Assembly: GCF_001194135.2 (NCBI RefSeq)
Contig: NC_068998.1
Span: forward strand, 7,260,562-7,324,561
Source: Octopus bimaculoides
Lineage: Eukaryota
Length of the DNA: 64,000 bases
Direction of reading: 5' to 3'
The notes beneath the pieces are model-generated. The model was not told the origin of the DNA, did not search any database, and saw nothing but the letters and a program-made list of their open reading frames with translations. Positions within the stretch are counted from its first letter, which is position 1; each line of letters begins with the position of its first letter. The position numbers were made by a program, and so were the translations under genes. Positions 12,411-24,961 of this stretch are shown piece after piece.

Positions 12411-13461
12411 ATATATATATATATATATATATATATANNNNNNNNNNNNNNNNNNNNNNNNNNNNNNATAAACAACAGTCTCCTCGTTGAGGAGAAAGAT
12501 ATTTTACTTTTTGGCTTTTGAAGTTTGAGATAATGCGATCAAAAGAAGGGTTTTTGAATTAGATTATGAGCAATTATTTAATTATTTAATTATTTGATAC
12601 ATACAAAACAATCTTCTCGTTTTAGAAGTTTAAGTAATGTCTTTTTTTATTGTAACCCGCTTTATCTTTAAAAAAAAATGTCAGAAAGATTGTGAACCAT
12701 GATATGGTCCACTTAATTACACGCCGCATTTATTCGGCACGTTTAAACAGCTTATCTCTGAACAAATTTATAAGAATAAGGTAGGAGCATTCAATTTTTG
12801 CACAGTGTTCGCCTTTACACGCCTTTATCGGTATGTAGTAATTTCGTAACAGCTAAACAGTAAAAGCAAATATATAAATAAATATAAATGATAAATATAA
12901 AGTTGTGCTAGACTTCAAAAAAAAATTATTTCAATGAGGAAAAAATAATAAATTAATTCACAATGAATAGTAGAATTTATGGCTTTGCTTAAACAATTGA
13001 CTTCACAACATTCGACCAATGACGACCCCAATATTCACATTTAAACTAGATTAACACTTAATTAGAATAATTAGTGAAATTGATAGCTGAAGAACTTGTG
13101 AACATTTTAATATAAGTCTTCGTATTAGACACTCGAATAATAGTGAAGCAAATCAACTTGAACTAATAAAGAAACCGATTTTTTGCTTTCTTTATTAGCT
13201 TTATTGACTTTCACCAATTTTCTTTTGTCCTCGTCAAAAGTGTTATCTTATGGCTGCTGTGTCTACCTCATCTCTCTTCATCTTCCCTTTTTCTGATCAC
13301 ACCACACAGACACGCGCGCATGCGTACGCTCTCGCTCTTTTCTTTTTTAATTCATTCAATCAGATGTTTAAGCCGTGCCGAAATCAAGCCATCAACAAAG
13401 CCAGTTTTGCGATACGAATTATACTTATCTGCATGAATGAATCTTTTGAATCAAGTCGATA

Positions 13462-13485
13462 ATAATAGTAGTAGTAGTAGTAGTA

Positions 13486-13541
<56 letters not shown>

Positions 13542-13665
13542 CCTTTCTACTAAAGATACAAGACCTGAAATTTGATAGTCGACTGGTACTTAATTTATTG
13601 AACCTGAAAGAATGAAGGGCAAAGTCGCCATCGGCGGAATTTGAACTCGGAACGTAAAGTTGGAC
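13462..13665 (-). mobile_element. Family B SINE 3' part (tail type 2) with microsatellite tail
   Basis: CTGGTACTTAATTTATTGAACCTGAAAGAATGAAGGGCAAAGTCG...GGAATTTGAACTC; (TAG)n(TAA)n at 13462-13540. Confidence 0.8.
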
Positions 13666-13671
13666 GATCTT

Positions 13672-14389
13672 CGGCGACCAGTCTTCTCTACCATCAACAC
13701 TAGTAAAGCTGGGGAACATCCGTCTAGCAAGTGGAGACCACACCCGTTCACCATCCAGGTAGAGCCAGAGATGCCTCAACCTCCAGTGCATGATTGCGGA
13801 TCAACAGCCAATGCATCCCTAACTCACCATTTAACGGCTTTTGACAACAGATAGAAAATCTTAAAAGTGGAGCGGAGTTCTTCCACAAAATGCGAAAGAT
13901 CTGCATCCCCAACTTGTTTAACCACGACGGAAAGGCGGTAAACGATGACCGATGGGATAAGCACATTGGCCACCTCCGCCCTCCCTTTCATGGATAGCCA
14001 CCGCCAAGACCAGGTCCTGACTATGCGGGTCACCTTGTTCGAAACCTCAGACCAGTTCTTTTCTATCTGGAGATCTGGGCCAAACCAGATTCCTAGCAAC
14101 TTAATCGGGCCCTCCGTCCAGCGTACTACGAGGCTATTCGAAGGCATCGTCTTGCCCCTCCAGATGCCGAGTTGCCGGTTAATTTTTCCCTGTTAATTGT
14201 TGCTCCTGCCACCGTCTCGTAAACATTAATGGTTTTATCTACTTGCTGTAGGTGTTCCATCTTGGTCACGATGTCATCCGCATATGCTGTAACCGATCCT
14301 CCACCTCCTGGAATCGTCGGGATGCCGCTCAGCTTTCTCAGTAATGGCTCAAGGGCCATCACGTGCAAAAGCGGAGAGAGCGGACACCC
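13672..14389 (-). pseudogene. Frameshifted reverse transcriptase fragment of an L1/Tx1-clade non-LTR retrotransposon
   Basis: Minus strand encodes GCPLSPLLHVMALEPLLRKL (RT domain 4), AYADDI (domain 5), INREK, IKLLGIWFG and WLSMKGRAEVAN, followed by WRLRHLW...WSP typical of the Tx1 ORF2 post-RT region. Confidence 0.9.
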
Positions 14390-14625
14390 ATCCTGATTAT
14401 ATTTTGGGATCTATCCGGTACTGGACAAGGATTCTGAATTATTTTTACTGTTTTTTTATTTTACTTAATTTTTGAGAGCGGTCGGGTTCATTTTTAGCAT
14501 TCTCGTTTCTGAGAATAGTCGAGTTAATTTCAGATATTCTCATTTTAAAAACAATCTCTGAATAAATCGTTGAGAGGACATTGGTGTTGCCTGGCGGAGG
14601 TCTGCGCTCTCTGAGTGCTCTTGTT
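14390..14625 (+). mobile_element. 3' half of a Helentron-associated (HINE/DINE-1-like) non-autonomous element
   Basis: Ends CCTGGCGGAGG-TCT-GCGCTC-TCT-GAGTGC-TCTTGTT: a subterminal motif, a short stem-loop (14604-14618) and a T-rich end. This is the architecture known for HINE/DINE elements; assignment is from memory of family structure. Confidence 0.5.
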
Positions 14626-16657
14626 TTTATTGACTATGGGAGCGTGAAGTGTAAAGTAGACTTCAGTGGGATTCGAAATAAGAATATAATTAAGAACTTA
14701 TGTGATCGTGACCAAGACTATTCTAATCACCATATCCCCAGATTTTGTTTAAACATAGCATATACAAAACTACATTTCAGCACATTGTGACTACACAGCA
14801 GCTTTTCTTTGGAGTCGCTTATAGTATATTAACATCAATTTTTATGGTGGTCAGTCAGTCCCATATAAGAAGAGATAGTGATGTTGCATAAAAGGATTAA
14901 GAGTGTAGACTCAATGCCTTTGCATTAATTAATTTAAGCTTCAAGGTTTATGGTTCAAATCCAGATGAAACTGATAGAAAAAGTAATTTTGTATTTTTTC
15001 GTTACAAAAAAAAAAAAACGTTTTAATTCAAAAGCTCTATCTTTCAGTATTGTCTCGCGACATTCTGATCTCATAACATACGGACTCAACTCTCTGATCC
15101 AGGTTCAGCATTTTATCCAATGACACACAACAACAATAATGGCACACAGAATGAATGAGTAATTGAACTGAATAAAGTAACGAGAATATATTGCTTGCTT
15201 GTACAAATAACCGTTGGCAGACAAAATTTGAGCCAGAAAAACAAAAGAAACAGGTATTTGATAGTTTCTAATAAACGAAGAAAAATCAGCTTTATATTTC
15301 GAATATGCGTTTAATCCTCCGCTCATAAAACACCGATGCCAGACAGGAACCTTTGTTAACGACTTAATCGATTCTGGTTATACATTCAGTAACACCATCC
15401 AGGTTCCTCCTATCTCATACACGATCCTACCACTGATATCTCTATATTTCAACATTAAATGCAAACTCGGGATAGTGGTAGTGATTTATAATTTAACAGA
15501 ACAGAAAATCCCAATTACTTCTATAAGAATCTATCTATAAATATCAATAAACCTGTGATAGTGGGAAATAAAAACAAGAAAAAACGTTGTGGAAATAAAC
15601 GGGGTTTAGAGTAAAAAAAAATACATATATATAACTTGGTAAGTAGTTTAAGATGTTGCGATGAATAAAATCTCAAATTAAGCAGAATCATCTTATGCAG
15701 GTAGAAGAAGTGATTGAAATTAAACCAGTTCGGCAAAATCCATGCCCTTTAACTAATCTGAAATTAAACTAGGTATAAATCATATTGCTGCCATTTTTCC
15801 TATATCAAGTTTATTTTCAAATCATTGATAATGCTTGACAGAGTTTACACAATGATGTCTGCTTTATTGCAAACTGTGCTGTTTCTAAACAAACTCCAAG
15901 AAATATTTCTGTTCCAGTTCACAAACACACACACACACACACACACGTGGATATTCCTATACCGTTTTAAGCACATGCCAAATAAGACAAGCTCATGTAT
16001 GGAGACACACCACACAAATAAATATTCACACAACACAAACATGAACGGGAACGAACGAAAGAACGTATGTATTTATAGAGTGTTCTAACTGAATAAAGTT
16101 AAGAGATGGTAAAACTAGTCGGCAGTGCCATGGAAGAGAAGAAATCCAATTTTGCTTGTGAGAAAATTGGACAGCACAAACTTGGAAAAACAAATTAATT
16201 TGTATAAAAGTGTATATAAGCTGCTGGGTGTGTGTATGCATGCGTGTTTGCACAGCGTGTGTACACGTATGAGCGCGCTGCGTGCTTGGGTCTATATGTG
16301 AGTGTGTGTATCTGTCTGTATCTGTCGGTGTAATGTAACTCAATATTCGGATTTTTACGCTCAAATATACTGACAGTCGATGTTTTCCCAAGAGCATACG
16401 AAAGCGCACACATGCGTACAAGCAAACTCGCACACGTGTCGGCGCGTGAGTTACTCGAGATGGTCCCAAAGGCAAGCTGTACAATTTCTATCATTTCCTT
16501 ATCAGACATTTATCAATTTGTGATGTCATTGCTTGTATAAATACAAATATCTATATATACATATATACATTATAGTATATATATAAATATATATATGCAT
16601 TTATGTGTGTGTGTGTGTATATATATNNNNNNNNNNNNNNNNNNNNNNNNNNNNNNN

Positions 16658-16691
<34 letters not shown>

Positions 16692-16761
16692 TGATAGATG
16701 GATAGATAGATATACATATACATAAATGCATATATATATACATTATATACACAGGATGCAT

Positions 16762-17315
16762 CAGGGTGAGGAAGCAAAACTTGGAATATTTTGGAAGCCT
16801 TATTTTTCATATATTCCTGAGTGTAAATACTAAAATATTTCTATTTCAGGGTAGAGGTATATACAGTTACTTTAAGCAGACGTTCCAGTCATACGATATA
16901 AAATGTCCACTTAAGAAGCCAAGGGACAATGCATTGCAGATTTACTTCGTGCTGGGGTTGCAATTAGACGCATTGCTCAGACCGTTGGGGGCCTTTGTGA
17001 ACACTATCTACAACGTTAACAACCGTATGCTGGATATTGGAGGCATCAAGAGAAAGCAAGGAAGTGGAGATAGAAATATATAAAAACGGGATAATATATT
17101 TCTTAAATCTCTCAAAGCCAAACTTTCGAAAGACCTAACAACATCCATGAGAAAACTGTCCATGGACATGAAAGTTGATCCAAAAACCATCAGAAATGCT
17201 GTGCACACTGATTTACATTTGGGGTCATACGTGAGGATCCCGAGACACTTATTGACTCGTGCAATGAAAGACAAAGGGACAAGAAAGTGTTGCGATATCT
17301 GAAGTACAATGGACA
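16762..17315 (+). pseudogene. Tc1/mariner (DD37D/maT-like) transposase relic, N-terminal part
   Basis: Starts CAGGGTG (TIR-like). From ATG 16903 it reads MST*EAKGQCIADLLRAGVAIRRIAQTVG / TIYNVNNRMLDIGGIKRKQGSG / KDLTTSMRKLSMDMKVDPKTIRNAVHTDLHLGSYVRIPRHLLT, i.e. two HTH-type segments, with stops and frameshifts. Confidence 0.75.
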
Positions 17316-17329
17316 AACCGTGCATTGTT

Positions 17330-18655
17330 ATTGCAACTTTGAGAGATGTGGGAATTTTAAATGATACAAATACGCTAGATAAGTAAAATAAAATTGAAAA
17401 AGAAAGAAAAAGAGTTGGGAAAAACGAGATAATAAAAATGAAAACAGAAAAGGCAAAGCTCGACTGTGTCGGTTTTGAGAGAACAAACGATGAAACTAAA
17501 ACAGCAAGAGCACTATGTTATTGTGAAAGAGCCTGGTGATGAGTATTTAGATCACGTTTCCCTAGATAATGGAACAGCTCGTTGCATTGCAGAAGAAATT
17601 ATCACTTTTTTAATTGATTCTGACAGTGAAGAAAGTTTAAAGGCTGTATTGTGATGGTACTCCAGTAAACACTTGTCATTTAGAAGGGGGTAATTAAAAT
17701 AATTGAATTATACTTAAATAAACCACTTTAATGCCTGATATATCTGCTACATACAAATGAGCTTCCGTTTCGACACGTATTTGACGCCATAGTTAAAAAA
17801 GCAACAGGTGCATGAACATCAAAAGGCTTAATTGGCAATGAAATTAAAGATGTAAAAAACTTAGATATCAAATTTTCTTCCGTAAAAACTAAAGTGAAAG
17901 AATTGTCATTAGAAGTCGTTGATACTTTAAGCTCAGATCAAAAATATCTGTATGAAATGTGCCTCAGTATTGAGACAGGGTTTATTTCTGAGCAGTTGGT
18001 AGCAAGATCACCTGCTAAAATCCATCATGCAAGGTGGCTAACACATGCAAACAGAATTCTTCGCTTATATGTTTCTGAAAAATATCCCCCAAAGAATATT
18101 ATGGATTTTGCTAAAATCATAACGCAGGTTTAAGCTCCAAAATGGTTCTGGATTAAATCTTACTCAAAGGTACGTGAAAGAGCAAGTAATTTGTGGTATG
18201 TGGCCCATCTAATGCAAGATATGAACCAAGATCATAAAGAAATAATGGATTAATCGTTAAAAACTAATTCGTATTTTGCCCATCCGGAGAATATTTTACT
18301 GACAATGTTGAATGGAAGAAGATAAATTAGGGAAATAGCAATTCAGCGAATTATTAAACCAAGAACATTTCCCCGAATACCCGTGAAGAATGAAGAAATT
18401 TCAAACTGCCAAGCAAGATTAATTTTGAACCACAGGATTATGTTGATTTCATTAACTGGGAAAATGAATTTGAAACATCCCCTCCAGTTTTACGGAACTT
18501 TACAAATCTTGATCTTCTCAAAGCTCGTTCAGGACCATTAACAGCAATACCTCTTCCTTGTCATAGCTAAGGAGTCAAGCATGCTATCCATTTAGGGACA
18601 AAAGCTTCTAAAGTCAGAATAGGCTACGAAGATTGACACAAACTCATATTAAATG
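17330..18655 (+). pseudogene. Decayed hAT-superfamily (hATm-like) transposase
   Basis: Across frames: EHYVIVKEPGDEYLDHV, (C)DGTPVNT, CLLHTNELPFRH (CxxH), LSSDQKYLYEMC, HARWLTHANRILRLYVS, NSYFAHPENILLTML, LNFEPQDYVDFINW and PCHS. Multiple stops; no TIRs seen. Confidence 0.8.
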
Positions 18656-18659
18656 TGAC

Positions 18660-18776
18660 ATGGATCCACACTTCATTGAGTTTGGCTTGAAGATCGGCAC
18701 AAAGGAGTATCTGAATATCCTGAAGAACTCTCTGTTACCTTGGATGGAGCAGAAGTTTGGGCTTGACAACGTCAGA
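18660..18776 (+). pseudogene. DD37D/maT-like transposase catalytic-region fragment
   Basis: MDPHFIEFGLKIGTKEYLNILKNSLLPWMEQKFGLDNV resembles the segment just before the second D (QDxAPxH) of maT/Tc1 transposases. Confidence 0.7.
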
Positions 18777-18844
18777 ATGCAGTCAGAATGTTGGATGATT
18801 ATATATATTTTTATGTGCAGTTTGGGCGTTCAAAATGTAAACAG

Positions 18845-18876
<32 letters not shown>

Positions 18877-20517
18877 GATGTGCACAAACACACACACACA
18901 CATATGTAATATTACGACTGCCACTATTTACGCATGCGCACAACTGTTCAATCAGCATGCATGCTTTGTGAACTAATAAATTGACTACCACATAGTCGCT
19001 TGCCTTCTTAAAGATACCACCAAAATCAGCCGTTCCACTAACAATGAAGTCTAAAACATAAAATAAATAATTATAAATAAATATTATAAATGAAATAAAA
19101 TCGGAATACTACAGAAAACGGCGTGCCTTTGGTGATTTACCTGTTCGATCGAGATTGAAATAGAGTTAAACAACAATATTAGCACGAAGGAGAACAACAA
19201 CGACCAGTGTGCTTATTAATTTGAAAGTACTAGGAATTGACGTAGATTATTTCGCTCTGATTGGTTCTTTAAAACAGAAAGTGACACGGATAAATTTAGG
19301 TATAAGTCTAAAGATATTTGTACCATAAACAGACACGAACTTTGTTGTGACTAAGATGTAACGACGTGAATAATTAAAACACAATGTCGAGAAATGTTCA
19401 GCTGTCTCCATTCACTAGGATTGAGACCAATCACGATCGCAGCTACAAGAAGTTGTCTATTATTATTAATACAAGCATCACGCACAGGCTTCATTGAACG
19501 CTATATTTTCGCCAAAGACTTTTAATTTTGACACCTAAATCATCATAAAAGCGATTTAATGTTTTCACTACAATTTTCGGTCTTAACATACTAATATATC
19601 TAGTCGTAAAATATTATTGTCATCGCTACTATTACCATATTTTTAGTACATTTATCTTGTACCTAGTCAAATGAATTCACCATCATCAGTATTATTATCA
19701 TCATCATCATCATCATCTTCATTGTCATCACCCCACCACTATTCTCCACGTCATCATGAATATCATAGTCATCATTGTTATTTCTGTTGTCGCTAGCTAG
19801 TTTTGGGTGAACTTCGTAAACCTATTCCTGCTTTGTAAGACAGAACATATCGATTTCTAAGAATTGTCACTTTTATGGTAATGTTGCCTTGTTGGCATTT
19901 TGATCAAGAAACGCCGGCTGCACAGATGGGTCTGTGTGTGTAATGATTTTGTGTTCAAGGCTAGTACTAAAACGTAGCGAAAGCCACTTCGTTTTCCTGT
20001 TTACTAACGGACTGTAGTAAGATACTAAAACTAAAAGTAATAAAAGCTACGTGTCTTTTATTTGTTTGATTATGGCGATTTTCAGTTTATGTCGATGCAC
20101 AAAGTGAATTATACACGAGAAATACAGACATATAACTATTACAGTATAGCATCATAAATATTTGGTTTAATCATCAGGATGAATAAATAGCCATTTTTGG
20201 TACCACCCGCCCACCCATCCTGACTCCTCATTTCGCCGACGAATTCCATTCAAATGCATGTCACGAATTTCAGTTACTGCCGCTTGGTTCGACGTTTGTA
20301 CACAATTTGGAATAATCATTCTAAACTGAAATCAATGAACATTGTACTCTTTTATATTCAGGAATATCAATACGGAAATGAAAGTACGAAAAGTACAAAA
20401 GGAAGTTATTGTAGAGTATCATGTTGTTGTTTTTGTTTCGTACTACACCAAGCCTAAGCGAGCTGACACAGTCAGTGAGGTTCCATCCATAATCATCCTC
20501 ATTTTTAAATATATAAT

Positions 20518-20624
<107 letters not shown>

Positions 20625-20660
20625 ACATATATATGTGGGCGTGTATGACACATATATGCA

Positions 20661-21147
20661 GGAGCACCGCCTTTTAGTCGGGCAAATCGACCCCAGGACT
20701 TATCCTTTGTAAGCCTAGTACTTATTCTATCGGTCACTTTTGCCGAACCGCTAAGTTAAGGGGACGTAAACACACCAGCATCGGTTGTCAATCGATGTTC
20801 GGGGTACAAACAGAGTCACACAAAGACATACACATATATACATATATATATATATATATATGGGAGAATTTACGAAAAAAACAGCAACAGACGAGGACAG
20901 GTGGTATAAACAACAAAAGGATGTATTAGTTTAACGCTCGGGAATAGGAAAGTCTTTAACGTTTCGAGCTACGCTCTTCAACGACGGGCTTCTTTCAGTT
21001 TCCGTCTACCAAATCCACTCACAAGGCTTAGGTCGGCCCGAGGCTATAGTAGAAGACACTTGCCCAAGATGCCACGCAGTGGGACTGAACCCAGAACCAT
21101 GTGGTTGGTAAGCAAGCTACTTACCACAAAGCCACTCCTGCGCCTAT
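20661..21147 (-). mobile_element. tRNA-derived SINE, family C, containing a ~120-bp insertion (20862-20982)
   Basis: Minus-strand head ATAGGCGCAGGAGTGGC...GGTTCAGTCCC; core CTTGGGCAAGTGTCTTCTACTATAGCCTCGGGCCGACC; internal TA/CA tract; matches 26611-27012. Confidence 0.92.
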
Positions 21148-21864
21148 GTTCATACTTGACACCGAACCGTATCGTAGATACGGTTTGCAAGGAAACTATC
21201 AATTACATTAAGCTACCATCACAGTAGAGAACTGGTTCGAATGAAAACAAAATGCAAAGTGAATTAGAATGAATTTCCCTGCTTAGCGTGGTATTTATAA
21301 AGATACAGTTTCTTAGGTTCGAAGCTATGGCGAGTCCAAGTTTACTTTGCTATGGAGCTTGTGTGTATATATGTATGCATCTTTGTGTGCGTGATATCTG
21401 TCTATATATGTATTAATGACAACTTGACTTATACTTCCTGAATATATACAGGTAATAACCCTTTACATCATCAAAGCCGATATTGATGCTGTATAGTTAC
21501 AAATATCCTTCAGAAGAGATTTATTGATCCATCAACAACAGCTGCAAATCCTATTTACTGATGTACATCTTATTCTAATTCTTGGTATTAAAGTGCAGAT
21601 TTATATGCAAGAATGTGATTCAATCAATCAATATTGCATATGTATGACGCAAAGTGCAATAAAACGAGACAGCCGATCCGATGTTTGTAATCAGAAGTGC
21701 TGGTCGATGGTTGACTAGATTCTTTTAATGTTACGGAAGAGACAAATGAGAGATGCGATGATTCATTGCATTTGCCTTGAAAGATAGCAAAACTCCTACG
21801 AATTGCACTTTAGCGTTCAAAAAAGAGTAAAGTATTTTCAATGTTGTAGTCCTTGACACACTAT

Positions 21865-22259
21865 GTTGTTGGTTGTTGTTGGCACTCCGTCGCTTACGAC
21901 GTTGAGGGTTCCAGTTGATCCGATCAATGGAACAGCCTGCTCGTGAAATTAACGTGCAAGTGGCTGAGCACTCCACAGACACGTGTACCCTTAACGTAGT
22001 TCTCGGGGGAGATTCAGCGTGACACAGTGTGACAAGGCTGACCCTTTGAATTACAGGCACAACAGAAACAGGAAGTAAGAGTGAGAGAAAGTTGTGGTGA
22101 AAGAGTACAGCAGGGTTCGCCACCATCCCCTGCCGGAGCCTCGTGAAGCTTTATGTGTTTTCACTCAATAAACACTCACAACGCCCGGTCTGGGAATCAA
22201 AACCGCGATCCTATGACCGCGAGTCCGCTGCCCTAATCACTAGGCCATTGCGCCTCCAC
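21865..22259 (-). mobile_element. Family A SINE, full length, with target-site duplication
   Basis: Flanked by TTGACACACTAT (21853-21864) and TTGATACACTAT (22260-22271); (CAA)-like tail. Confidence 0.95.
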
Positions 22260-22894
22260 TTGATACACTATATTAAGAATAAAAGAGATAACCAGGACAA
22301 GGAAAATTTTGATTAGAGGTCTACCCAAAGGTGGTTGATTTGGGTCTAAACCCACCCACATTCCGAAATTCTGTGGCCGTTTTTTTCACTGTAAGGAAGC
22401 TAATATTTTACCATATGGGTATGTAACATAGAAAACAGACTACGTGTTTAAAGGGAAGGATGTGTTTGATTATATTAGCGCCAATACATATAACTGCATC
22501 TTTATTGAAGGACCCGGAGAGATGAAAGTCAAATTTCACTTTGGCGTAAATTGAAATTCCAACAAGGCATTCTCTCCGTTGCTCTGTCTATCGATGGAAT
22601 GGCGAAAATGTTATATTGATAGACTGTAAATGTCTTTGGAAATTTAAGCCTCATTGTATTTATTCTACGATATCGTATTATTCCAGGTGACTTCATCAAT
22701 CACGACACCGCAACCGGTCGATAAAGTAAGGACCACTGATTTATTGAGTTAAATAAACTACATTGATCTTCCTCTGAAGTTATATGATGTAGTGTCAATA
22801 TTACGATCGATAAAATCAAAATGATTTGCTGTATCTTGTTACGTCTGGTGAGATTGATGTAATGGATGCCCAATCCGAATATCTACAGTTATAT

Positions 22895-23058
22895 AAAGTG
22901 GTTAACGGGCAGAACTGTACGAATGTCGGACAGATATTGACTACTTTGGGATAATCGTTTTTGCTCTCTATGTTGTGAGTTCAAATTCCACCGATATTAA
23001 CTTTGCCTTTCATCTTATCGGGGTCGATAAATAAAGATAATACTCCAATATTGGGGTC
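22895..23058 (+). mobile_element. Decayed family B SINE
   Basis: TGAGTTCAAATTCCACCG...TTTGCCTTTCATC...GGGGTCGATAAA. Confidence 0.7.
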
Positions 23059-24085
23059 ACTTCTTCGCTTTGTTTTTGTTTATCTACTTTCTCTCTTCTG
23101 GAAGAAACGGGCTGTGGTAAGACTGGAGTGGGGTAGATTCCTAAAAGAGTCCAAGTCTCCCACAATGAGTCGAGAGCCCAAGGATGTCTTTAGAGATATC
23201 AAGAACGAGGTCAGAAGCTACAATATGGTTCTGATGCTTGTAGGAGAACGAACTACGCTAAAGGCCCCCAAAGTAAAGAAAGAAGACCGCACCAAGTGTG
23301 TAATTAGACATGAAACAGTTAAAGATTTTGTTATATCGTGGGTACACAAGTCCAGTGTAAAATGGTGTTACACAGATAAATAACTTATTGCAGAAATATA
23401 TGTTAACACAGAATGCGCTCCGTACCACTCGAACGTAGGTACGATATTCAGTATTCACAGTTCATCTATCAAGTGTTAAACCAACACACGTTGAACTAAC
23501 ACAGTTAACCAACATGGTCGAACTAACACCGTCAAGTGCGTCCCTGACAGTTCACCCAGTTCTTATCTATTGTAATTGGTTAGTCCATGTTCAGTCGCGT
23601 GGGTATGTTCAGATTTCTCCCATAACAGATTTGAACAAAACAAAAGCAACAAACTTGTGACGGTCATATTTTGCTTAACAAGAACTTGTGGATTGGCAGA
23701 AGCTATTCCAACATGCAATGTGTGTTACATATAGAACATTCACGACAACGAAGATTTCTTATTCACAAAAGAGTCTCTCGTCAGTGCCATTTTCTCTTAT
23801 TTATTTTTGCCTATAACAGGAAAATGCTTATTAATTTACGACATAGTGCTAAGGAAAGAAACGGAAAAGTAGAAACCGTAATAAGATTTATTCTTTTCTC
23901 TTAACAAGAACTGATGCATCATGGGTAGGAAAAACGTTGACAAGGTGGGAGTTCTTTTAGTTGTTGTTTAATGCTGGAAGTTTTGAGAAGAAAGAGAAAC
24001 GAATAAATCAAAATCCTTGACAATAATGGCGAGTTATTTTAATAAGCTGTCTGGTAAGCTAACGTCAGCAGCAAATAAATAGGGT

Positions 24086-24143
<58 letters not shown>

Positions 24144-24407
24144 GCTACTGCTGCTGCTGCTGCTGCTTCTGTCGCTGCCTCTGCTACTGCTGCTACGACT
24201 ACTTCATTAATAATCATCTAACTTGCCATCGTGAAAAAACTGTTAAATTATACCCCTTCCCGCATTTATTTTCAAACATACACGGGCGCGCGCACACACA
24301 CACACACAACGTGCATGCATGCAAGAAAACCGGTAAAATTTGAATTTAAAAAGAAAACAAAGTGCCAGACAAAATCTCAATCAGAAATGTAATCGAANNN
24401 NNNNNNN

Positions 24408-24549
24408 AAGGCAAAGTCGACTTCGGCGGTATTTGAACTCAGAACGTAAAGACGGACGAAATGCCGCTAAGCATTTTGTCTGGCGTGGTAACGATTCTGC
24501 CAGCTCGCCGCCTTAATAATAATAATAATAATAATGCCTCTCCCAAGGT

Positions 24550-24589
<40 letters not shown>

Positions 24590-24854
24590 TGATGATGATG
24601 ATGATAATAATAATAATAATCTTTTCTGCTTTGGGCACAAGGCCTGAAAATATTTGGGAGGCAGTAAATCGATTACATCGACTCCAGTACGCAACTGGTA
24701 CTTTATGTATCGACCCCGAAAGAATGAAATACAAAGTCGACCCCGGCGGAATTTGAACCCAGAACGTAGCGGTAGACGAAATACTGTTAAGCATTTTCGC
24801 CTAGCGTACTAACGTTTCTGCCAACTCACCAATAATAATAATAATAATAATAAT

Positions 24855-24885
<31 letters not shown>

Positions 24886-24887
24886 GC

Positions 24888-24960
<73 letters not shown>
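24408..24960 (-). mobile_element. Tandem family B SINEs (24408-24516, 24620-24830) embedded in (TAA)n/(TGA)n/(CAA)n tracts
   Basis: Both match the family B consensus; heads and tails abut trinucleotide repeats. Confidence 0.9.

Positions 24961-24961
<1 letters not shown>

Noticed and set aside
23095-23135. ETGCGKT Walker-A-like peptide
   Set aside because: The conserved first G is absent and a stop follows three codons later.
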